This document shows positions 21,048 to 31,502 of a DNA stretch of 64,000 nt, one piece after another; within the stretch, counting starts at the first letter, position 1, and each line of letters begins with the position of its first letter. Both the position numbers and the translations under genes were made by a program. The stretch covers positions 62,001-126,000 of IMG/VR virus record IMGVR_UViG_3300024259_002152, one strand, 5' to 3'. The notes under the pieces were generated by a model. That model did not search any database. It had not been told where the DNA came from and was given only the letters and a program-made list of their open reading frames with translations.

Positions 21048-24000
21048 ATGTCGTTTAGTTTATTAGAATATTATAAAGCTCTAAATGGAGAGTCAACAGA
21101 GAGTAGTAATGTATGGCATATTAATTATACTAAAAGGCATGCTTATAGAATATCTAGCGATTTTGATGCTATAGATGAACATAATAAAAAGATCAATTTA
21201 CCTCCGTCAGAGGCAGAAACAGATCTTGTGAATGTATTTTCTGACAAGTTGGGGCAGAAGTTAAAAAATACTAAGATTACAGATAATGGGGATGGAACGG
21301 AGAGTATAGATTTAGAGCTAGATGATAGGATTGTAACTATTATTATGGACCAAAGTGGCAGTATGACATGGAATGACCATAACAATTTTCGTCATGATGT
21401 GGCGACTGATTTAGTTAATAAAATAGAGATCAATTATCCAGGAGATATCACATATAATCTTATAGAATATGGTGCTGATATTATTAATGTTTTATTTTTT
21501 GGGATTATTGAGAATGATTCTTTTGATCCTAATGATATTGATAGTCTTAGTAAAATGATAAAAGCAGATGATCTTGCTAATTATGATGGAATGAGAATTA
21601 TTAGGAATGATGATCATTATCCTACTTCTGTTCTTGATGGGGAAATAGTGGATGATGGATTTATTAGCAGAATTAAAGATAGCGGATTGGTAGAGGGGCA
21701 TACATATTATTATACTATTTATACTTATGATAAAGATTATAAGTTCAGTGAGGGTGTTAGAGTTAAAGTAACTTCGAGAGCAAGAGTAGTTCCTAGATCT
21801 ATTTCTAATTTTAGGACAGTGGTAAATTCAGAAGATTTAACTAAAGGTGTTCCTTTTACAGGTTATGGTATTAATAGGGATGATAATACTGTGGGTATCT
21901 GGCACATGGATGAGGGAGAAGGAAAGTTTTTATATGATTTTAGTGATAATGATAATATATTAGAGCATAGTAAAGAAAATCCTATTTGGTATGAAAGTAG
22001 ATTTGTTCCTGCAGGGACTTCGGGACTATTTTTTGATGGGGTGGGTGATTATGCTTATTTGGATGGGGTTTCAGAGTTGGAACTTTCATCTCAAACATCT
22101 ACTACAGTATGTGCTTGGATTTATCCATATTCTGTTGATGGTCTTTATGTTATTGCTAGCTCTATGCAGGCAGATACTATTTCTTTTATTCTTTATACGC
22201 TTAATGGAAGATTACATCTTATCCAGAATTATGGAGACGTTCGATATAATGCTTATAGTAATGATGCTCTAATAGAGGTTAATAAATGGCAGCATGTTTG
22301 TGTAACTACTACTGGCGGAATATTTACATTATATATTAATGGGATTGAAATATCCTATGGTCTAACAACCGCATCACCAGTGCTAATAGGAACAACTAAT
22401 CTTCGTTTTTCTATTGGAGTTTATCGTTCGGACTCTTTTCCATTTCTTTATTATTTTAGAGGCAAAATAACAGAATTTAGTATTCATAATACCGTAAGGG
22501 ATCTGGCATACATACAATCTCAAGTGGTTTCTAATCCTATTTTAAATTCAGAAGGAGGTCAAGTAGATAGCGAGTTTTCAGGAATAAAGGAAGATAATGG
22601 AGATAGACTGGCAGTTTTTAAATATAATGTTCCTAAAGATTATAACTATGTTGGAGGAGAAATTTCTGTTGTAAGAAATGAAAAGCATATTCCTTCATGG
22701 GAGGAAGACGGAGATATAATTTATCAAGTTGACGACCCTGGTTCGGGGGAATTCTTTATATCTAATGTTGATGATTTTGTGCTGGGAGAGAAATATTATT
22801 ATAGATTATTTACTAAAAACTCTTTGGGTAATGTTAGCTTTCTGTCGGATTCTCCCTCATTGACTGTAGAAATTCCAGAAGCGGCTACAGATGACTACTT
22901 TTTAGATTTAGATACTTCTGTTCTTTTAAATCCTTCAGGAGATCCTATTGGTACTAAAGGTGATGCTATAGACTCACCTGAATCTCCAGATGTTGGCCAG
23001 TTAATTACTTCTGGAAATGGGAAGGTTTACTTAAGATGGAAACAAAATGACCCTATAGATAGTAGAATAGCAAGAGTTAAAATATTTTATTCTTCTTCGG
23101 ACTTTCCTGTTGTGAATATTAATGGTGGATCAAGTGGGCGGTTAGTTTTTACTGGATTGACGACAGATGAAAAATTTGTTCATAGGAATATTCCTAACGA
23201 TATTAATGCTTACTATACAATAGTTAATACTGATAAGTATGGAAGATCTTCTAATTATAATGAAGATGGTGTTCAAGTAGAAGATTTCTTACATGCTTCG
23301 GTGGTGCCTACTTCTTCTGCCAATGAAAATACATTTCCATTGATAGAAATTGAAAATGTTAATTATGAATTGGTTGATAGTAATACTATTACTATAGGGT
23401 GGGACCAACCTCAAAAAAGTATAGAAGATATAGAAGCATATTTTGATCAAACAATATATGTATATGGCGCTATTTCAGATGAATTTGGAGATGCTATTTC
23501 AGAAGATACTCCTATTAAAATGAGTATCACTGCTGCTATTAGTAGAGAGACACAAGCAGATGATATTTTTGGTGGTGGAGTATTAACTCAATTTGAAGAT
23601 ATAGAAGCTTATGATTTTTTTGTTACAAAAACTAATGATGGATTCTTTAAAGGCGTATTAAGGATGACCTCTAATGTTTCTATTATGGCCCAAATAAGAG
23701 AAGCTACTTTTCAGATACAATTGAAAGCGTTAATTCCTAGAGAGGGAGGGTATACGCCTCCTAATGATAATACTATAAGTGGAGATCCTATATCAGAATA
23801 TGCTAGTTTGATCGAACAGTTAGCAGGGGAAGAAGAAAGCACATCCACATCGAGTGATAATTTTTATGAATATTATTCTAAAACGATACAAGTTCATTAT
23901 ACTAATCCTTGGGAAGTAGAATTAGTAGGTAGAGATAATCAGAAGGTTTATCAAAGATGTTATTGTGTAAAAACGGATGAAAAGACTTCTGAGAAAGTTC

Positions 24001-27000
24001 TTAATGTAGAATCAGCATCTTTTCATGGTATATATATGAAAGCAACAAATCCGTTTGTTGCACGAGCAAAGGTAAAATATAAAGGACAACCTCTGGAATC
24101 GGGAAATATACAATTGGCGGTATGGGACGCTGATTCTACGGAGCTTTGTAAAAATTCATGTTCTGGTTCCTCTTCCTCTCCTTCTTCATCTTATGAAGGA
24201 CCAAAGCTTCAGCCTAGCATAACGGTTCCTCCTCCTGATTCTATTTTGTCTATTATTCAAGGTCAAGAAGAAACCTATGATGGCAGCGGAGTATATACTG
24301 ACATATCATACGTTGATATACCCTTATATGCCCCAGAAGCGTTTCAAGCTGTTAGACTATTTGTGAAAGGAGAAAAAGCGGGATATTCTTCTGTTAAAGA
24401 TATATACATTCTGTTTCAGAGTATATTGCTGATTGATATAGATACGAATTCTGAGGGTCTTACTGTTGATGGAAAGGATATTGCTGAATTTAGATCTAAT
24501 GCTTTCATTATAAATCCAGATTATCCTAATTATTATATTCCTGATTCTCTTGATGCGTCGTTAGTAACATATCCTGAAGATTTAACAGTTGTCCAATGGG
24601 ATGTTGAGTTTATACAGGCGATAGATGGGGCAGCAGGTAGCGGACCGAGATCTATTTACTCAACTGATAGTGTTCCATTAACTAATGGTGTTTACTCTTA
24701 CACTCGTAGTGGAACTGCTAGAAATGTGTTTTTAGGACCTGTTCCCAAAGGGGATGAAAAGATTAATGAAGATCATGAGATTAAGGCATCAATTGTATAT
24801 CAGGGTTTGTCATCGTTTGCTAAAACATTCTTTAGTGTTGGTCCTTATGATCCTGAAGAATTTGATAGAACATCAGCCAGATTTTTGATGGAGATAGATG
24901 GTGGATGGGAAGGAGATCTTCCTAATCAATTGTATGGAGGTGGAGGGTGGTCAACAGCGGAAAATTGGCCTTTATGGACCGATGGTATTCATTACAAGAA
25001 AATTAAAATAAGTAGAAATCCAAGAATTGCCGAGTCAGGCACAGCAGCGGGAGAGTTTGCTTATGCGAATTGTTTTAGAGATTGTGCGTCAGATGATGAT
25101 AATGAATTATTAGAGTTAAGTTCTGGGCAGATAGTGGAAGTTTCATTAGGGGGGGTTACTGGTCCTGTTTCTAGTGCTATTGTTGATAGCACGAATCTTC
25201 TTAATTCTGAAGTAGAAATTTTACATGGAGAAATATATGAAGTAGAGGACGCCTATACTGGTTTGCATTATCTGGAAGTTGGTGATGAAGGATTTATAGA
25301 TAACGGAACTGCGTTTATTGAGTTAAATGCAGAAGATGTCTCAGATGTTACTTATTTTTATATAAGAATAAATAAAACTATTTCTGATTCAGGAAAAATT
25401 TCAGATGAATTCTGTGACGAACCAGAACCTGTGGTTATTAATGATTGTCTTTGTCTTAATGGGAGTGATGGGATCACAGAATGTGATGTGCCAGCATGGG
25501 AACCGACTTCGTATGTGAATGGAAAAACCACTGTATTTTTAAATAATAATCCATTGGTTTTAAATGGGGGAGGAAATATGTATAATGGTATTCCTCCGTG
25601 TCCTATATGTATGAACGAACCTTTGCTTATGGAAACTGTATGGAGAAAAGTTACAGATTATTTTTATGACACAGATTTAGGTAACCCTTCAAATGATTTT
25701 CTTTATCCTGTTGACACTTTTACAGATAGTAATAATTTTACAGATGATAATGGAGAAACTCTTGTAAAGCATACTTCGGATGTCACAATCAGGGTTAAAG
25801 TTTTATGGAGAGGTCAAAATGTTCCTGATGGCACTCCTGTTTATGTTTCTGTTGGAGATAATACAGCTTCTTCGTTGTTTGTTGCTAGCCAAAATGTATA
25901 TTATACACAAACAATTAGTACTGATTATAGTTATGTAGATGTTCTTATTAATGCTCGCAGATATATAGATTCAACAAGGACTGAGCAAATCGAGATATTT
26001 TCTACTTATGATGAAAGCGATAAAACGGTAAGGCATATAGGGCAAAATTATTCTCTTACTTTAGATAAAAAGAATAAAGAAATAGAAGAACCTCCAGTGC
26101 TTCCAGTAGATCCAAGTACAGGTATTGCTATAGATCCTGTCCCAATTACCCCATATTCTCCAACAATGGACAGATATAGTATTACGGATAATGGATGGGA
26201 TAGAGTTTCCAATATGAGCGAAGCGAGAGGTAATGGTTTTTCCGGATCTGTAGGAAATTTTATTTATTATATAGGAGGGTTATTAGGAAATAGTCTTAAT
26301 ATATCTGATAAAAATGAACAATATGATATTCTTAATGATGAATGGAATGATGTAACAAAAATGACGATTCCTCGTTTTGGGGGTATGTCAGTTACTATCG
26401 GAGATGATATATATACGATAGGAGGAATTTTTTCTAATGATAAGACTGGCGGGAATCTTGGTGTAAGTATTTTAGTAGAAGTATATCATGCTGATGTTGA
26501 TATGTGGGAGGAACTCGAGCATATGCCGATAATAGCCGAGGGAAGTGCTTTTGAAAAAGAATTAGGAGTTGCATTTGGATCTGCATCTCATGTTATGATG
26601 GGAAAGAAGAATTATATATATATTGTTGGTGGAGTAAAAGATGCAATCGTAACTGCTGACCAATTTACTATAAGAGAACATAATCAAAGGATTTTAAGAT
26701 ATTGTGTAGAAGATGATGAATGGGAATATTCTAATATTTTGAGAAGTAATGAGTTAAATACTTATGAGAGAATTTCTCCTTTATCGATTGTTTTTGATAA
26801 TAAATTAATAGTATTTAATGGGGCTATTTTAGAGGGTAATAATTTTACCTATCCATCAGAAGAGTTTTATATAGATCTGTCAGGATCATTTGTTACTCCA
26901 TCTTCTGGGGAGTGGTTGACTTTGGGAAGCAATTGGTTACGTAGTGCCTCGGTTCCTAAGGCTCAGTCAGCAATGACAGAATACAATTTGAATCCCTCCG

Positions 27001-27275
27001 CTGATCATGCTGATTATTATATTTTTGGCGGGTTTAACAATAATTCTCCAAGTTTAGATATTACAGAAAAAATTACTGCTCAAGATAGTGGTTTTGAATA
27101 TTATTCTAGCTATAATATGCCAAATCCTTCAGTAGATTTGGAAAAAATGCTTATAGGTAAACATGGAGCTAGTGCAGAATTTTCTGATGTGGATGGTTCT
27201 CCGTTTATTTATCTTATGGGTGGTTATACAGTTAATAGAGATGATGATTATGTTGATATTTCTTTTGACCTTTAG
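21048..27275 (+). CDS. Giant multidomain protein: VWA N-half (DxSxS), LamG, FN3-like, C-terminal Kelch propeller
   Basis: 2075 aa; IIMDQSGS (21342-21362); VGIWHMDEGEG...KWQHVCVT...IYINGIE (LamG); Kelch repeats IYYIGG, IYTIGG, IYIVGG, YYIFGG, IYLMGG with W-x-x-x-x-x-M spacers. Confidence 0.75.
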   Translation: MSFSLLEYYKALNGESTESSNVWHINYTKRHAYRISSDFDAIDEHNKKINLPPSEAETDLVNVFSDKLGQKLKNTKITDNGDGTESIDLELDDRIVTIIMDQSGSMTWNDHNNFRHDVATDLVNKIEINYPGDITYNLIEYGADIINVLFFGIIENDSFDPNDIDSLSKMIKADDLANYDGMRIIRNDDHYPTSVLDGEIVDDGFISRIKDSGLVEGHTYYYTIYTYDKDYKFSEGVRVKVTSRARVVPRSISNFRTVVNSEDLTKGVPFTGYGINRDDNTVGIWHMDEGEGKFLYDFSDNDNILEHSKENPIWYESRFVPAGTSGLFFDGVGDYAYLDGVSELELSSQTSTTVCAWIYPYSVDGLYVIASSMQADTISFILYTLNGRLHLIQNYGDVRYNAYSNDALIEVNKWQHVCVTTTGGIFTLYINGIEISYGLTTASPVLIGTTNLRFSIGVYRSDSFPFLYYFRGKITEFSIHNTVRDLAYIQSQVVSNPILNSEGGQVDSEFSGIKEDNGDRLAVFKYNVPKDYNYVGGEISVVRNEKHIPSWEEDGDIIYQVDDPGSGEFFISNVDDFVLGEKYYYRLFTKNSLGNVSFLSDSPSLTVEIPEAATDDYFLDLDTSVLLNPSGDPIGTKGDAIDSPESPDVGQLITSGNGKVYLRWKQNDPIDSRIARVKIFYSSSDFPVVNINGGSSGRLVFTGLTTDEKFVHRNIPNDINAYYTIVNTDKYGRSSNYNEDGVQVEDFLHASVVPTSSANENTFPLIEIENVNYELVDSNTITIGWDQPQKSIEDIEAYFDQTIYVYGAISDEFGDAISEDTPIKMSITAAISRETQADDIFGGGVLTQFEDIEAYDFFVTKTNDGFFKGVLRMTSNVSIMAQIREATFQIQLKALIPREGGYTPPNDNTISGDPISEYASLIEQLAGEEESTSTSSDNFYEYYSKTIQVHYTNPWEVELVGRDNQKVYQRCYCVKTDEKTSEKVLNVESASFHGIYMKATNPFVARAKVKYKGQPLESGNIQLAVWDADSTELCKNSCSGSSSSPSSSYEGPKLQPSITVPPPDSILSIIQGQEETYDGSGVYTDISYVDIPLYAPEAFQAVRLFVKGEKAGYSSVKDIYILFQSILLIDIDTNSEGLTVDGKDIAEFRSNAFIINPDYPNYYIPDSLDASLVTYPEDLTVVQWDVEFIQAIDGAAGSGPRSIYSTDSVPLTNGVYSYTRSGTARNVFLGPVPKGDEKINEDHEIKASIVYQGLSSFAKTFFSVGPYDPEEFDRTSARFLMEIDGGWEGDLPNQLYGGGGWSTAENWPLWTDGIHYKKIKISRNPRIAESGTAAGEFAYANCFRDCASDDDNELLELSSGQIVEVSLGGVTGPVSSAIVDSTNLLNSEVEILHGEIYEVEDAYTGLHYLEVGDEGFIDNGTAFIELNAEDVSDVTYFYIRINKTISDSGKISDEFCDEPEPVVINDCLCLNGSDGITECDVPAWEPTSYVNGKTTVFLNNNPLVLNGGGNMYNGIPPCPICMNEPLLMETVWRKVTDYFYDTDLGNPSNDFLYPVDTFTDSNNFTDDNGETLVKHTSDVTIRVKVLWRGQNVPDGTPVYVSVGDNTASSLFVASQNVYYTQTISTDYSYVDVLINARRYIDSTRTEQIEIFSTYDESDKTVRHIGQNYSLTLDKKNKEIEEPPVLPVDPSTGIAIDPVPITPYSPTMDRYSITDNGWDRVSNMSEARGNGFSGSVGNFIYYIGGLLGNSLNISDKNEQYDILNDEWNDVTKMTIPRFGGMSVTIGDDIYTIGGIFSNDKTGGNLGVSILVEVYHADVDMWEELEHMPIIAEGSAFEKELGVAFGSASHVMMGKKNYIYIVGGVKDAIVTADQFTIREHNQRILRYCVEDDEWEYSNILRSNELNTYERISPLSIVFDNKLIVFNGAILEGNNFTYPSEEFYIDLSGSFVTPSSGEWLTLGSNWLRSASVPKAQSAMTEYNLNPSADHADYYIFGGFNNNSPSLDITEKITAQDSGFEYYSSYNMPNPSVDLEKMLIGKHGASAEFSDVDGSPFIYLMGGYTVNRDDDYVDISFDL

Positions 27276-27283
27276 GGAATAAA

Positions 27284-30200
27284 ATGGCTACAACTAATGA
27301 ATATAAAATAATTGTAGATAAGATAGATGGTAAAAAATCTATTTCTATTCCTGTGGACTTTAAAAAGAACGGGGTATATATTCCCGATGTGCTTGATGTT
27401 ATTGTTAGGGGTTTCTTAAAATTTGAAGAGACCGTGACTCAAACATCAGAAGATAGTTTAAACGAATTAGAAGATAAAACGGTAGTTCATCCTGTTGTTT
27501 TTTCAAGTGATACTATTCGTATTAGTAATGGTCGATGTGTCATTGTTCTTTTGCCAAGATCAGAAGATTTGTTTGAGGAAACGAGTACAGTTCAATCTAG
27601 AGCAGGGGAAACGATTACTGATAGTATGATCATATCAGATGGTGGGGTTAGAGCAGATGAGCAGATTACTGATCCAGATAAAATTCCAGTAGTTATTAAG
27701 ATAGAGACAGGAGTTACAAGAAAACCTTATAAAATATCTTTACAGGTTACTGTTACTTCTGTAAATGATGATAGTTTTTATATCCAAACTATTGATAGGG
27801 GAACTAGTCCTAAAATAGAAGAAGTATCTGCTTCTAAATCATTATTCCATAAGGCTACAGCTAGAATTTCTAGTAACTTAATCATTAATTGTGAAACCGA
27901 TCTTGAATGGATACCTTCGGTTAACTCTATTTTGGGAAGTAATAATGGTTCCCAAAATATTATTTTAGATGAAATAGAAAAGTTAAAAAATTCGACACCT
28001 CTCGGTACTTCTACAATGTTTGATGCTGTAGTTGCTGGTGATAGAATATTATCTGATAGCGATGTTAATAATAGTAAAAAAACTATCTATTTATTTACTG
28101 ATAATGAAGCAAATATTTCAGTTGCTTCTATACAAAACGCCATTGATGAAACTAATGATATAGATGGGAATAAAGAGGTTCCTATTCTTGTAGGTAATAT
28201 GGCAATTTCTGATAATGCTACTTTGTCCATAAAAGCTAATAGATCAGATACTAAGACTATTAATCAGTTGGCTTTTGAGACAGGAGGGCAAAGTATAACG
28301 GTAGCAGATGAAGATTATTTAGATGATATTGTTGGAATATTTTATAGAGAAGCTGTTGGATCAATGGGGTATGGAACTTATGAATTTATTAATGATTTCG
28401 GAGAGGAAGTTTTAATCAATAGAATTTCTGCCAGTTTTACTATACCTTCTTCTGATTCTAATGCTACATGGACAATAGAAACAAGTTTAGATGGATATAA
28501 TTACACAGCAATAAATCTTAATTATAATTCCACAGATAGTGTTTCTTTTAGCAATCTTCTAGTAAGATATATAAGATTTAAAATCATTATGGTTACAGGA
28601 ATTAGTTCAGTACCTGTGGATGAATATGGAACAACTCCTGCCACTCCTTCTTTAGAATCAATAGAAATAGTATTTAATGCTAATAAGGTAGCTTATTTGT
28701 ATCTAAACAAAGAAGATGTTACGGTCCCTCCGTATCAAATAACATTGGGAGTAGATGCTAATGAAATAAATGATGATCAAATTAAAGTAGGAGTGGCTAA
28801 ATCAGATGCTGTTAATTGGAATGATTATTTCACAGAATCTCAACCCACTGTTGATCAAAATGGTAAAGTAGTTATACCCATAAGATTTTCACAGGACGTT
28901 ACACAATTTGAGCACGAACCATTAAGAAAAATAGATAATTTTGCAACAAAAACGGAATATGGAAGATGGGATCAGAATGCTAGAGTTATTATATATGATA
29001 AGAATAATGCTCCAATGCCAACAGATTACTATAATACTCACCCGAGAGAAGGAAGAATAGTTTTTAATACGGCACTCCCTTCTGATTATCAAGATGGCGA
29101 TTATAAGATAGGTATTTTGAATGTGGGAGAGTATAAGGTTGGTCTAGAATTAACTAATAAAACAGAAACAGATACATTAGATATTTATGGAATAGGATAC
29201 GAATATACTACAGGTAAAAATTTATTGCCGCCTGTCTCTAAGGCGTCTCCTGAAGTACAACAAGTTGCTATTTCTAATGAAACTCCTAATAGATTTAGTC
29301 TTATTACGCTTACCTATATCTATTTTGACTCTAACTTTGATCCAGAAGATACTTCTAAAAGAGTTATTACATGGTATATAAATGGAGTGCCAAATGCAGC
29401 TTTAAATAATATGATACAATGGAATAATATTAATGATTTTCAAGATCCTTTATATACTACCACTGCTTTGGAATATCCCGACATTGATGATTTAAATGGT
29501 CTTACAATATCCGAATGGGTTCAACAACAAACAGTATCACTAATAAAAGCGGGAGATATTATTCATGCTGAAGTTAATGTGAGTGATGGAGAATTGTTGA
29601 GCGATAAAGGGACATCTATTCCTGTAACAGTAATTGAATCTGTTCCTGTTTTAACTGGTTTAAATATTAAGGGTAGAGATCCTGATGGGAATATTATTTC
29701 GAGGATAGCGACTAATACTGATGCTATAATAGATCCTCCTTTGACAGAATCATTCTTTAGTGATAGTGGTGGAGATAATCAGTCGCAAATAATATGGTAT
29801 GTTAATGATGAAATATTTAAGCAAGGTGTTTATGGAGATACTTTGCCTGAAGGACAACCTCCAATAACAGAAATAAGAGTTAATGAGATAGCTTCAGGGA
29901 CTTTGATTGATTATGGTTTAAGAATTACTAATTCTATTTATGTTCAGGTCATTCCCAAAACAAGTAGTACTGATGGGGCATTGGTAACAAGTCCTGCTAT
30001 TATCGTACAAAATGCTATACCCACAGTTTTTGATTTAACATATCTTACTAATGTATTTGTTCCAACAAATGATATTATTCTAGATTATGAATTTTTTGAT
30101 TTTGAGGTGATCGCTCTAGGAGATGTTGATGAAACGTTACAGGAAGATCAGACTATGGTTAGATGGTATAGGAAAAACCCAGGAGATAATAATTTTACCT

Positions 30201-30427
30201 TGGTTTATGGTTTTAATGATGTAGACAATGGGCTGCAAGAGACATTTTATGTCGAAGAATATCGAGGATTTATTACTACTAATATAGCAGAGACAAATAC
30301 TACTGTGAGTAAGGACATATTGTTTGAGAATCAAAAATTTTACTGTGTTATAACTCCATTTGATACGATCGATTATGGAACTCCTGTGAGTTCAGAAACT
30401 GTTACAATCACATCATCTACTAATTAA
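27284..30427 (+). CDS. Structural protein containing the C-terminal half of a VWA domain and Ig-like repeats
   Basis: 1047 aa; TPLGTSTMFDAV...KKTIYLFTDNE...INQLAFETGGQS; no DxSxS motif seen; Ig-like modules resembling those of 4395..6482. Confidence 0.65.
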   Translation: MATTNEYKIIVDKIDGKKSISIPVDFKKNGVYIPDVLDVIVRGFLKFEETVTQTSEDSLNELEDKTVVHPVVFSSDTIRISNGRCVIVLLPRSEDLFEETSTVQSRAGETITDSMIISDGGVRADEQITDPDKIPVVIKIETGVTRKPYKISLQVTVTSVNDDSFYIQTIDRGTSPKIEEVSASKSLFHKATARISSNLIINCETDLEWIPSVNSILGSNNGSQNIILDEIEKLKNSTPLGTSTMFDAVVAGDRILSDSDVNNSKKTIYLFTDNEANISVASIQNAIDETNDIDGNKEVPILVGNMAISDNATLSIKANRSDTKTINQLAFETGGQSITVADEDYLDDIVGIFYREAVGSMGYGTYEFINDFGEEVLINRISASFTIPSSDSNATWTIETSLDGYNYTAINLNYNSTDSVSFSNLLVRYIRFKIIMVTGISSVPVDEYGTTPATPSLESIEIVFNANKVAYLYLNKEDVTVPPYQITLGVDANEINDDQIKVGVAKSDAVNWNDYFTESQPTVDQNGKVVIPIRFSQDVTQFEHEPLRKIDNFATKTEYGRWDQNARVIIYDKNNAPMPTDYYNTHPREGRIVFNTALPSDYQDGDYKIGILNVGEYKVGLELTNKTETDTLDIYGIGYEYTTGKNLLPPVSKASPEVQQVAISNETPNRFSLITLTYIYFDSNFDPEDTSKRVITWYINGVPNAALNNMIQWNNINDFQDPLYTTTALEYPDIDDLNGLTISEWVQQQTVSLIKAGDIIHAEVNVSDGELLSDKGTSIPVTVIESVPVLTGLNIKGRDPDGNIISRIATNTDAIIDPPLTESFFSDSGGDNQSQIIWYVNDEIFKQGVYGDTLPEGQPPITEIRVNEIASGTLIDYGLRITNSIYVQVIPKTSSTDGALVTSPAIIVQNAIPTVFDLTYLTNVFVPTNDIILDYEFFDFEVIALGDVDETLQEDQTMVRWYRKNPGDNNFTLVYGFNDVDNGLQETFYVEEYRGFITTNIAETNTTVSKDILFENQKFYCVITPFDTIDYGTPVSSETVTITSSTN

Positions 30428-30438
30428 GAATTATTAAC

Positions 30439-30467
30439 TTAAAAGTGAAAAAATATCGATTTATAAT
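30439..30467 (+). promoter_or_regulatory. Putative promoter (motif copy 1): TTAAAAGTGAAA-...-TATAAT
   Basis: TTAAAA at 30439-44, 17-nt spacer, TATAAT at 30462-67; lies in the gap after the structural operon. Confidence 0.65.
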
Positions 30468-30505
30468 ATAGTTAATATTTTTGGTTTGTAAAATGGGAGA
30501 TAAAA

Positions 30506-30760
30506 ATGAGGTATAAAATAGGTGATAGAATTAAAATAAGGACCTGGGAAAATATGATGAAAGAGTATGGTTCTTTTCCTGATGGAAAAGAAATTATGCT
30601 TGATAGTCCATTATATTTTGCGTCCGAGGTAGAGGAAGAAATAAATAAAAATTTCCCAGATAGAATTTTAACAGTCTTAAGCGCAGTAAGTGGGTTTTAT
30701 ACAATGGAAAAAACCATTCATGCATTCACTGATGAGATGATAGAGGGATTAGTAGAATAA
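30506..30760 (+). CDS. Small KOW/SH3-like phage protein, paralog of 52684 and 53671, without C-terminal tag
   Basis: MRYKIGDRIKIRTWENM...DRILTV...FTDEMIEGLVE aligns with MKYKVGDKVRIKIWEDM...DRILTI...WTEDMIEGIVE. Confidence 0.7.
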   Translation: MRYKIGDRIKIRTWENMMKEYGSFPDGKEIMLDSPLYFASEVEEEINKNFPDRILTVLSAVSGFYTMEKTIHAFTDEMIEGLVE

Positions 30761-30770
30761 TATTAGATTT

Positions 30771-31478
30771 ATGATTATAGATATAATATTATTAACTTAC
30801 AATAATGTAGAAAATACTAAACAATGTATAAATAATCTTTACAAATTTACTGATAATTTTGGTTTAGTTATTTTAGATAATCACTCCACAGATGGTACTG
30901 TTGATTATTTGAAAAAAATATCAGACCAAAATGATAATATAACTTTATTCCTTTCTGATCTTAATTTGGGTATTATTAATGGCAGGAATAGTGCGTACAA
31001 ATTATCAAAAGGAACTGACTATATCGTTTTTCTCGATAATGATCAATATGTTCAAAAAGATTGGTTGGATAGTTATTTAAAATTAATGATAGATAAAGAA
31101 TTTGATTTGATTGGTTGTGAAGCATGGAAAATGAGAGAAAAAGATTTTTACCCATATAAAAAAATAATAGATAACAATGACACTTTTTCCTATGTCGGCG
31201 CTGGTGGATTAATGATTAAGAATAAGATATTCGAAAAATTAGGATTATTCGATGAAGATTATGATTTTATCTATTTTGAAGATCCTAGTTTATGCTTTAA
31301 GGCACATTATCAGGGATATAAAATAGGATGGAATTATAATCCAATAATAGACCATAATCATAAGGGGGCATTGTTAAGCAATGAGAATAGGAAATATTTT
31401 CTGAACAATTGGAAAGTATTTCAGAATAAATGGCAGGGAAAAAGAATCCCTATCTTCTCAAATACTGTTGAAAAGTGA
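30771..31478 (+). CDS. Glycosyltransferase family 2
   Basis: IILLTYN, ILDNHSTDGT, NLGIINGRN, YIVFLDND (DxD), FDEDYDFIYFED. Confidence 0.9.
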   Translation: MIIDIILLTYNNVENTKQCINNLYKFTDNFGLVILDNHSTDGTVDYLKKISDQNDNITLFLSDLNLGIINGRNSAYKLSKGTDYIVFLDNDQYVQKDWLDSYLKLMIDKEFDLIGCEAWKMREKDFYPYKKIIDNNDTFSYVGAGGLMIKNKIFEKLGLFDEDYDFIYFEDPSLCFKAHYQGYKIGWNYNPIIDHNHKGALLSNENRKYFLNNWKVFQNKWQGKRIPIFSNTVEK

Positions 31479-31502
31479 AAAAGTATCATATAAAAGTATA
31501 AT
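31468..31502 (+). promoter_or_regulatory. Putative promoter (copy 2), ATG at predicted +1
   Basis: TTGAAAAGTGAAA at 31468; ATG at 31503 is 35 nt downstream; the -10 position reads TAAAAG (weak). Confidence 0.6.
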
